This document shows, piece after piece, positions 49,534 through 59,470 of a stretch of DNA of 64,000 nt. The stretch comes from Squalus acanthias (lineage: Eukaryota). Under the pieces are notes generated by a model, which saw nothing but the letters and a program-made list of their open reading frames with translations, did no database searches and was not told the origin of the DNA. Location: assembly GCA_030390025.1 (NCBI GenBank), contig JASTWF010000096.1:682001-746000 (forward strand), written 5' to 3'. A program made the position numbers and the translations under genes. Position 1 is the stretch's first letter. Every line of letters starts with the position of its first letter.

Positions 49534-50988
49534 GTGAGTGAAGGGGAAAATGTGTTTTTTACATGTCTATTCGACGCTCTCGGTATTTACAAAAAAAATC
49601 CTCCTTGCTTCAACCTTACAGTTTTTAATATACACAGAGACAGTGTCTGCGCTCAGATCTTGTCTGTAACAATGCAGTATCCAGCGACTGAAGGATTACT
49701 GTCAACGACTATATTAATCATAGAATGATAGAACCATAGACTGATTCAGCACTGAAGGATGTCATTCGGCTCTTCGTGCCTGTCCACGCTCTTTGCGAGA
49801 GCTCTACAATTAGTCCCCCTCTCCTGTCTTTACCCAATGCCCTGCAAATGTTTCACCTTCCAGTATTATCCAATTCTCATTTAATAGATACTGTTGAATC
49901 TGATTTTACCGCTTTCAGGCAGTGTATTCAACATCATCACAACCCGCTGCGTCTGAACAATTCTCCTCATCTCACTTCTGGTTCTTTTTCCAATCACCTT
50001 AATTTTGTGTGCTCTGGTTACCTAATCATCTGCCACTATCTACAGTCGCTCATTATTTATTCTATAAAAAACCCTTCATGATTTGTATTACTTCTATTAA
50101 ACTTCACCTCAAACTTTTCTACTCTAAGGAGAACAATCCCAGCAATCTAAGCTTTCCATATAACTGAAGCCCCTCATCCCTCGTACCATTATATCAAATC
50201 TACTCTGCACACTCTCTAAGGCATTGACATCCTTCCAAAAGTGTGGTGCCCAGAATTGGAAAAAATATTCCAGCTAGCACCTAATTAGTGCTTTCTAAAG
50301 TTTTAGCATAAATTCTTGCTTCTGCACTCAATTCTTAAATGAATAAAATCAATGATCCCGTTTAAAATGGGTTGCGGTCCCGAACCCACGAAGTCTCCGA
50401 CCTAGAAGGAAAATGGCTACTGGAGCAGGGGAACACCACGGCCTCCAAGTTTCCCTCCAACTTATACTCCTGACTGGGCCACATACCGGCCGTTCCTTTA
50501 TCATCGTTGCGACAAAATCCTGGACCTCCATACCGAGCAGCATTGTGGGAGCACCTTCACCATAAATGCAGCACTTGCCAGCGACGACCACATCCCAGAG
50601 CCTGCCAAATCTTAACTTGATTATTAGAATTGCGAATCTACAGAGTTTAGCTGAGATGTGCATTCTTTTTAATCGGGTTATGGCACCACTAAATTAGCAG
50701 AAATGTGAATATCAAACCAACACAATCCCCTTCTTCCCCTGGTATCCCAGAAAGAAGTTTCTGCGCCACGCCCCTTTTTTCGAACTAGATCCCCAGCTAA
50801 TTTATTTCATGTCTCATGGCTGTTCATTATTGCCAATGAAATCGTTAATTCCCCTTTTGTTGAATCTCAGTCGCCGATGCCAACAATTCATTTCACACAG
50901 CAGGATCGTTATTGAGTTACCAGCATTTCATGGCACTAGAAAATCCACCGATCCATTTCTGCTGTTCATTCCATTTATTTTACCACCG

Positions 50989-51268
50989 ATCCGCAAACAT
51001 ATCACTTGATCAATCTACTGGGGTATATGTAGTAGGAGAGAAAGTTACCACAACCTGCACAGTGAGCAGAGAGGATCAAGCCAAATCTACTTTTACAAGG
51101 ATAATCAACGGCTGAACTCTCCTCAAATCATCACAAATGACAACATTGGGACATTACCGTTCACCGGTACAAAACAGGAAGGGCGGTACCAATGCCGATA
51201 TAGATCCTCCGTCAACACAAGTCCGTTATTGTCCAAGATCAGCGACGCAGTGACGGTGACTCTAGCAG
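50989..51268 (+). pseudogene. Ig pseudo-exon D8 (type B)
   Basis: Acceptor CACAG changed to CACCG, 10-nt deletion at the start and a 1-nt deletion near 51080 (280 nt total); still encodes EGRYQCRY...SKISDAVTVTLA. Confidence 0.88.
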
Positions 51269-51394
51269 GTAATTGAAGAGGAATACAGATTGCTAACATA
51301 TCTATCAACGATATTGGCATTTTATCAATAAACCTAAATTGTTTAATGACAATAGTTTATATAAGACAGAGAGGCTCCTTGCGCTCAGCCCTTA

Positions 51395-51860
51395 CATAAG
51401 AACATAAGAAGAAACAGCTGGAGCAGGCCATATGGCCCCTGGAGCCTGATCTGCCATTCAATAAGATCATGGCTTATCATCGACCTCAACTCCACTTTCC
51501 CGATCTCCATATCCCTTGATTCCCCTAAAGTCCAAAAATCTATCAATCTCAGCCTTGAATTTATTCAAAAGACTCAGCATTCACACTCATCTGGGGCAAA
51601 GAATTCCAAAGTTTCACAAACCTCTGATTGAAGAAATTCCTCCTCATCTCAGTCTTAAATGGGATACCCCTTATCCTGAGACTATGCCACCTAGTTCTAG
51701 ACACTCCAGCGAGGGGAAACAAACTCTCAGTATCTACCCTGTCAATCCCCTTCAGAATCTTGTATGTTTCAATGAGATCACCGCTCATTCTTCTAAACTC
51801 CACAGAGTATAGGCCCATTCTACACAGTCTTTCATCATAGGACAGCCCTCTCATCCCAGG
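51395..51860 (-). mobile_element. CR1 3' fragment
   Basis: PGMRGLSYDERLCRMGLYSVEFRRM in ORF 51561-52022(-); CATAAGAA tail at 51395-51410. Confidence 0.85.
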
Positions 51861-52583
51861 AAAAGTCAAACTCTCCCAATCCTGCAACATTATTATCTTG
51901 ACAGTGTTTTTGAAGAATTGGGTAAAGATTCGGCATTTACGGTTGTGGAAAGGGCGCATTATTGCTTTACATAGTATGACACAGAATTTACCCCACGGAA
52001 AGCCGGTATTTAAGCTCCACACGAGCCTACTACCACACTACTTCATTTCATCCTATATGCATATTTTGTCGAGTCCCTTCTCCCTCATGTGTATCTCGAG
52101 CGACCCATTAAATGTATCCACACTATTCGCCTCAAACACTCCAAGTGGTAGCGATATCAATATTCACTCCACCATCTGGGATTTATTAGTGACTATCTGA
52201 TATTCATTGTCGCTAGATTTGGACTCCCACACAACTGGAAACATTTTCTCTCAGTCTACCTAATAAAACCCTTTCATAATCTTAAAGATCTCTATCAGGT
52301 CACCTCTCAGCCTTCTATTTTGTAGTGAAACGAGCCCAGCATGTTCAGCATTTCCTGATAGTTTTAACCTCTGATTTCTGAGACATCCTTGTAAATCATT
52401 TTTGCACATTCTCCTGTGCCTCTGTGTCATGTTTATAATATGGAGACCAGAACAGTGCACAATACTCCACATGTGGTCCAATCAATGTTGTGCAGGTGGT
52501 GGGGTATTACTGCGCTATCTGTGTTCCTGATTTCCAATTTTACCCCGACATGTCTGACCTATCAGAGCGATACGGTTAATACC

Positions 52584-52665
52584 ACAAACTCAGGATGACG
52601 CTACCAATGCAAATACAGAACCTCCGTCAATAGCAGGTGGTTAGAATTGACGGTCACTATAGGTG
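52584..52665 (+). pseudogene. 3' remnant of Ig exon D9 (type A)
   Basis: TNSG*RYQCKYRTSVNSRWLE then TVTIG and donor G|GTGAGT; the 5' two-thirds are deleted. Confidence 0.8.
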
Positions 52666-53461
52666 GTGAGTGAAAGGAAGCAGAGATTTTAATATGTATA
52701 TTCAACGCTCTTGTTATGTACAGAAAAACATCCGTCTTTAAACGTAACGTTGTTTAATATTCACAGAGAGAGTCTCTGCACTCTGCTGTTGTCTGTAACC
52801 AGTAATACTGATTACACAAGCTGACACGTTACAGTCAGCGACACCGTTAATGATAGAATCATAGAATGATAGAACACGGAAGGGGCTATTCGGTCCATCG
52901 ATCCTGTGCCGGCTCTGAAAGAGCTGTCCAATGAGTCCCTTTGCCTTAGCTTTGAAATCCATCCTAAAGATTGATGGCCGAATTAAACTCTATACTCCAG
53001 CTGGGACATAACTAGTGAGGTATAAAGGTTTATCATAATGGCCTTACTTTTGTACTCTGTGCCTCTATTGATAGAGCTTTTTAACAGCCTTCTCAATCAT
53101 TCCTGCCACCGTCAAAGTCTTGTTTACAGAGTCGCCGGGTCTCTTGCATCCTCCAGCCCGTTTAAAATTATACCTTGCTGTTTATATTGTCTCTCCTCAT
53201 TCTTCGTACCAAAGTTCTTCACTTCACACTTCTCGGTGTCAAATTTAATCTGCAATGATTCACCCATTTCAACAGCCTGATTATGTCCAGCTGATGTGTT
53301 TTACTATCTTCCTCGCTGCTCACTATATTTACGAGTTCTGTATGAACTGCAAACTTTCAAATTATGCTCCGTATACCCAAGACCAGGCCAATAATATTTT
53401 GGATCCCAAAATTAAGTATATATTGAATCGATTGTCAATATTTGTAACTTTCACATTACAG

Positions 53462-53758
53462 GTCTACCCAAACCAAATCTATCAGTAGATTCCAGTGTTG
53501 CTGTTAAGGGTGGATAAGTCACCTTTAACTGCACAATCTCCCGGGACTTTCGTGGCTTCACATTTTACTTATACAGGCACGGAAAAAATAATTACTCGGT
53601 TGTCCAGCCTGCGGCTGCAGGGAGCAATTCTGTCACCTTTACCATCAGGAATATAGATCACGCCGAAGGAGGAAATTACACCTGCCTGTATAAGCGGAAT
53701 GTGGAGGGAAAACAGCTAACATCGGCTCTGAGTGACCCGGTAGCAATAACTGTAAGAG
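53462..53758 (+). pseudogene. Divergent membrane-proximal Ig exon D10 with in-frame stop
   Basis: TTACAG|GT, 297 nt, donor G|GTCAGT; GLPKPNLSVDSSVAVKGG*VTFNC...FYLYRHG...EGGNYTCLY...SALSDPVAITVR; TAA at 53515-53517 is the only visible lesion. Confidence 0.88.
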
Positions 53759-54574
53759 GTCAGTGAGATTCACACAGTCACTGTGTTTATTTATTTTCCA
53801 TTTAGGCTGAATCAGGTGTTTTATTTATCGATTACAGAAGGAATGAATGAATAAATGAATGATTGAATAAATGAATGAATCAGTCAATCACTGAATGAAT
53901 GAATGACTGACTAAAATGCTTAAAAAGGCAATCGATCAATGAAATTACTAATGAATCAAACAGCCAACACCTGACTATGTTGCCACTACCTTCAGCCGCA
54001 TCCAACGTTATGATGTGTTACAGGATTGAAAGAATTTCTCCTCCAGTCGTTGCGACTTTCCCTGTAATACAGCGGGCTGAGGTTTGTCCTTAAATTTGAT
54101 GTTCATGGGCCGCCTATTAACTTGTTGTTAAATGTCAGTGAACCGCCCTCTCCCACAACCACTGTGTAAAAATCAGACTGACCAGATTTTGGGAAACTGT
54201 ATCTGAATTTAAATTGGTAGCTGTTGTTGCAATTTTAATTGGAATATTTCGCCGTTAAACAGGATAATAGATATCCAGTTAACTTTTTTGGAGATGTAAC
54301 ATCTATTATACAAGTTTAATATTACCGCCAGGAAAAGGAAACTTTGTATTGTTGCTCGCTCTCGCTGTCTGCACTAAATAATTCCCAACTCAGAGCCCTC
54401 TAGTGCAAATGCAAGTACTTTCAACAGTTACCGCTAGCTTCCTCCTAATGCATGTTTCAGTAATATTCACAACCTACCCCATAGTATCCAAAATGTAACG
54501 GTTAATTAAAGCAAGGCCCTGCCTTGCCTTATAACGATCAGTTTATTTCCATTGCAGACAGATAGAGACGGACA

Positions 54575-54797
54575 AACTCACGCAAAAACTCACACACACA
54601 CAAACACTCACAAGCAGACACTGAAAAACACTCAGATATACAGACTCACACACACTCAGATACATACTCACTCACAGATATCATCAGACAAACACTCACA
54701 CACACACTCACACTCACACGCTCATACACAGACACTCGCACACGCACACATACTCACGCTGCACAATCACACACACTCATACGCACTCACACACACA
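54575..54797. repeat. Degenerate (CA)n/(CACT)n low-complexity repeat
   Basis: ACACACTCACAC-type runs. Confidence 0.9.
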
Positions 54798-54802
54798 AAA
54801 AG

Positions 54803-55950
54803 CAGCATTTCATCGAGTTTGGCATCGAGGAGCCCTCGTAAAAATGAAATAAATGGGAAACTGGGGGAAAACTCTCTTCTGGCTGGAGTCATACCTAGAA
54901 AAAAGGAAGATGTTTGTGGTGGTTGAAAGTCAATCATCATATCCCCAGGACATCGCTGCAGGAGTTCATCAGGGTAGTTTCCTCGGCCCAACCATCTTCA
55001 GCTGCTTCATTAATGACCTTCCCTCCATCATAAGGTCAGAAGTGGGGAAGTTCGCTGATGACTGCACAGTGTTCAGTGCCATTCGTAACTCCTCAGATAA
55101 TGAAGCAGTCCATGCCCGCAAGCAACAGAACCTGGAGGACATTCAGGCTTGCGATGATAAGAGGCAGGTAACATTCGCGCCATAAAATTTCCAGGTAATT
55201 TTAATTTCTAACAAGCGAGCCTCTAACCACCGCCTCTTGACATTCAACGGCATTACCATCGCCGAATTCCCCAACATCAACATCCTGGCATCACCATTAA
55301 CCAGAAACTTAACTGGACCAGCCAGATAAATACTGTGGCAACAAGAGCAGATCAGAGGCTGGGTATTCTGCAGCGAGTGTCTCACCTCCTGACTCCCCAA
55401 AGCCTTTCCAGCATCTACAAGACACAAGTCTTGAGTGTGATGGAACACTTTCCACTTGCCTGGATGAGTGCGTTTCTAACAGCAGTCAAGAAGCTCGACA
55501 CCATCCAAGACAAAGCAGCCCGCTTTATTGGCAACCCATTCACCACCTCAAATATTCACTCCCTCCACCTCCGGCGCACAGTGGCTGCAGTGTGTGCCCA
55601 CTACAAGATGCACTGCAGCAAATCGCCAAGGCTTCTTCGGAAGCAGCTCCCAAACACGCGATCTCTGACACCTAGAAGGACAAGGGCAGCAGGCGCATGT
55701 GAACACCACCACCACCAATTTTCCCTCCAAGTCACCCACCATCCTGACTTGCAATTATATCGGCGGTGCTTCATCGTCTTTGGAACAAAACCCTCGATCT
55801 CCCTCGCTAACAGCACTGTGGGAGTACCGTCACTACTCGGTTTGGAGTGGTTCAAGAAGGCGGCTCACCACCACCTTCTCTGTGGCATTTAGGGATGTGC
55901 AATAAATGCTGGCCTTGACAGCGACGCCTACACCCCATGACCGAATAAAC
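54803..55950 (+). mobile_element. CR1/L2-group LINE 3' portion (RT FADD to 3' UTR)
   Basis: ORFs 54853-55185 (GVHQGSFLGP, KFADD) and 55335-55892; homologous to about 8210-9330. Confidence 0.85.
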
Positions 55951-57153
55951 ACACATTCACACACACACACACACACCCACACACACACACCCACTCACAC
56001 ACCCTCATACACACTGACACACGCACACACACATATACATAGCACTATGAGAGTACCGTTACTACTCAGACTGCAGTGGTTCAAGAAGCCGGCTCACCAC
56101 CAACTTCTCTGGCGCAACTAGGGATGGGCAATAATTGCTGACCTTTCCAGCGACGCCCNNNNNNNNNNNNNNNNNNNNNNNNNNNNNNNNNNNNNNNNNN
56201 NNNNNNNNNNNNNNNNNNNNNNNNNNNNNNNNNNNNNNNNNNNNNNNNNNNNNNNNNNNNNNNNNNNNNNNNNNNNNNNNNNNNNNNNNNNNNNNNNNNN
56301 NNNNNNNNNNNNNNNNNNNNNNNNNNNNNNNNNNNNNNNNNNNNNNNNNNNNNNNNNNNNNNNNNNNNNNNNNNNNNNNNNNNNNNNNNNNNNNNNNNNN
56401 NNNNNNNNNNNNNNNNNNNNNNNNNNNNNNNNNNNNNNNNNNNNNNNNNNNNNNNNNNNNNNNNNNNNNNCCATCACAAACACACTCACACATAAACTCA
56501 CATTACACTCACTCACTCTCTCACACACGCACACTCAGAAACACACTCACAGACACATACACACTCACTCACTCTTTCACACACACACACTCACAAACAC
56601 ACTCACACACACACACACACACTCATTCACTCTCTCACACAGATACTCACTCAGTCTCTCACACACACACACTCACAAACACACTCACACACACACACAT
56701 ACTCACTCACTCTCTCACACAGATACTCACTCACTCATTCACACACACACTCACAAACACACTCACACACACACACATACACACTCACTCACTCTCTCAC
56801 ACACACACACTCACAAACACACTAACACCCAAACTCACATGCACACTCACTCACTCTCTCACACAAACACACTCACAAACACACTCACACACACACACAC
56901 ACATACACACTCACTCACTCTCTCACACATACACACTCACTCACNNNNNNNNNNNNNNNNNNNNNNNNNNNNNNNNNNNNNNNNNNNNNNNNNNNNNNNN
57001 NNNNNNNNNNNNNNNNNNNNNNNNNNNNNNNNNNNNNNNNNNNNNNNNNNNNNNNNNNNNNNNNNNNNNNNNNNNNNNNNNNNNNNNNNNNNNNNNNNNN
57101 NNNNNNNNNNNNNNNNNNNTATATACTCATAGGCACTGACACACACTCACTCA
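55948..57153. repeat. CA/CACT-rich microsatellite region with two gaps and a short duplicated LINE tail (56041-56158)
   Basis: Long ACACACTCAC runs flanking N blocks. Confidence 0.9.
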
Positions 57154-57474
57154 CAATATTCCGCTTTATCCATACTGTATTCCGCCTGAGATTCCCTTTT
57201 ATCAGATGTAGGAATGCAATTAAATAAAGCAGCAGTTTTTGAATCTACCTTACCTCATCCCCTGATTACTCTGCTGCCCAATGGGAGCCACTGATGTTAT
57301 TCTGCTGGAAATATCCGCCATTCTTGTACGAAAGTCTTTCACTCTGTACATGGACATGCATTTAGATATTAACAATTCGTTAAATTAAACAATTAACGAG
57401 TCAATCGATTTGAAACGGCAGCGGCTGTTGCCGGTACAAATCCGAAGAATCCAATAATTCAGATATCCGCAGTG

Positions 57475-58000
57475 ACAACAATGATAACAACTTGTATTGA
57501 TATAGCGCCTTTAACTATATAGTACGTCCCAAGACGCGTCACAGGAGCAATTATCAAAAAATGATACCCAGCCCCATAAGGAGAAATTAGGGCATATGAC
57601 CAAATGCTTGGTCAAAGATGTAGGTTTTAAAGAGCGTCGTCAAATGGGGAAACATATGTAGAAAGTCTGAGAGGTTTAGGGAGGGAATGCCAATGTTTAG
57701 GGCCCAGGCAGCCTAAGGCACGGCCGCCAACGGTGCAGCGAATAAAATCGGGGATGCGAAGGAGGTCAGAATTGGTGGAGCTCAGAGATCTCAGAGGGTT
57801 GTAGGGCTGGAGGAGATTACACAGATAGAGAGGGGTCGAGGCCCATGGAAGGATTTGAAAACAAGAATGAGTTTTTTTAAAGTCGGGGCGTTGTTCGAAC
57901 TGGAGCAAATGGAAATCAGCTAGCACAGGGATGAACGGGAATAGTGCGAGTTAGGATACGGGCAGCAGAGATTTGGATGAGCTCAAGTTTATTTAGGGTA
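57475..58000 (-). mobile_element. L2-like LINE 3' fragment
   Basis: ACAACTTGTATTGATATAGCGCCTTTAAC tail; YLCNLLQPYNPLRSL...GGRAL...WHSLPKPLRL; homologous to 25258-25690. Confidence 0.75.
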
Positions 58001-58203
58001 AAACACAAAGAGAAATGAAGGGAGATTAAAGTCATCCAAGAGTGAGTCTGTCCCTGATAATTAATGCTGAATGAGAATATCACGCTGGTTCCGTACTTTG
58101 CCAGGCGAAGGTTAGACAGGATTACAGAGTGAACCTGTATGTGTGTTTGCCGTGGAAAGGGAAGAATTACCCATTGATATTTTCTGTTTCTATTATCTTC
58201 TAG

Positions 58204-58326
58204 GATCTTACTTAACATCTTATTCAATCCCAATTCGTTTGTGTCTCGCCGCATTTATCCTATTTGGGACTCTGATTATCCTGGGAATGGTGTGGAAACC
58301 GATAAAGGAAAATAAATATCGTGACG
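58204..58326 (+). CDS. Transmembrane exon with N-terminal Arg (activating-receptor type)
   Basis: TTATCTTCTAG|GA, 123 nt phase 1-1, donor G|GTACGT; GSYLTSYSIPIRLCLAAFILFGTLIILGMVWKPIKENKYRD. Confidence 0.85.
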
Positions 58327-58548
58327 GTACGTTTGAAGAAATGCTGTATCCCCGCAATATTTCATATTGTAATAAAGTCAAAAAGGAAGAGATTTTGCTT
58401 TTCACATCGCGCTGTAAATAAGTATTGATTTCCCCATTATTAAATGTCGACACTACGATAAAAGTTTGTCCCAATGCTGAAAATCAAAGGCCTTATAATG
58501 TTCCTCTGCCGCACAAAATGTGCGCATTACTTCCTCACTCTTTGACAG

Positions 58549-58568
58549 TGCATGAGAAGCGGCGATAA
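58549..58568 (+). CDS. Candidate terminal coding exon (VHEKRR*)
   Basis: Acceptor CTTCCTCACTCTTTGACAG; phase-1 joining gives V-H-E-K-R-R-TAA; AATAAA 33 nt downstream. Confidence 0.6.
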
Positions 58569-58601
58569 AGACAACAAGGAGGTGACGGTTGGCGGGAACC
58601 T

Positions 58602-58607
58602 AATAAA
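58602..58607 (+). terminator. Candidate polyadenylation signal AATAAA
   Basis: AATAAA after the predicted stop, followed by the GT-rich GTGTTGGAATTGTG. Confidence 0.45.
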
Positions 58608-59470
58608 AAGTGTTGGAATTGTGAATAACTAGCGAATTGAATGCATTCAGATTCGTCATTTGCTAATTCTTTTAAATTGTTTTCACCGATTATATCTGAA
58701 TCAAAATATCCTTCAGTTTATTGATATTTACCAGTTGTAATTGCCAGTTGCGACAGAGCTCTGAGAGTTTAAACTTCAGACCCGTTGCAAGAATCAGAAT
58801 GTTACAACTATTTGCAAAATTACGCTACAGTCATTTCAACCCTTTTAAAAATCTGGAACTCCAGTCACTCAAAATGAACCGCTTAAAAGTTAATAATCAC
58901 TTCACCACGAAAAAAGTATCAACACAGACAAATTCATTGATAAGACGACCATCATCCCATTCTACCAATAATAAGAGTGGTCCAAAATTGTACCATTAAC
59001 TACTATCGATGGAGTGAATCCATTAATATCCAATTAATTACTAACTGACACAGGTAGTGGTAGCAAGGAGAATATAGTGTAGCTGAGAGTGTCAGTTAAA
59101 CACATGCCGGAATAAGTAATTTTACACGCTATAGACATAAACTCGGGAATTGCCTGTGAATTCGTCCAAGTTCAGGTGATGAATATGGTTGTCACACTTT
59201 TAAGTTTGAGACCTGGCTCCACAGCGCCACCGAAGGGCCGGTCTCGACTACTGCATGATTACAAGTAACTGGTCTCAGAGTCGTTTTCTGCTGTAAATGC
59301 TTCCACGAGAGGGTGCCCAGAAATCGTTACAGCCGTAAGTTTTATAGAAAATGCACGCACACTCGAAAGTGTTTTAATAATGGTAGTAAATGATTAGTGG
59401 CGTTGCCCTTAATCACTTGTTGAACATAAGTTGTTTAGCGAATTTATGAAATGGCGATGAAGTCGGGAGA

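Noticed and set aside
32302-53758. Ig exons as rearranging Ig/TCR/NAR V segments or Ig constant domains
   Set aside because: No recombination signal sequences noticed at the exon ends, each exon ends in a splice donor, there is no WYxQ or C1-type Trp, and the Cys spacing is short.
54552-57154. His/Thr-rich ORFs and an acceptor-like TTTCCATTGCAG at about 54557
   Set aside because: Translations of CA microsatellite and gaps; the phase-1 frame after the acceptor hits TAG at once, so it is not a stalk exon.
58327-58421. Read-through of the TM exon giving a tail with LYPRNI and ISYCNK tyrosines
   Set aside because: A good donor (G|GTACGT) and a downstream terminal exon explain it better, and the tyrosines do not fit ITIM or ITAM consensus; intron retention is not excluded.
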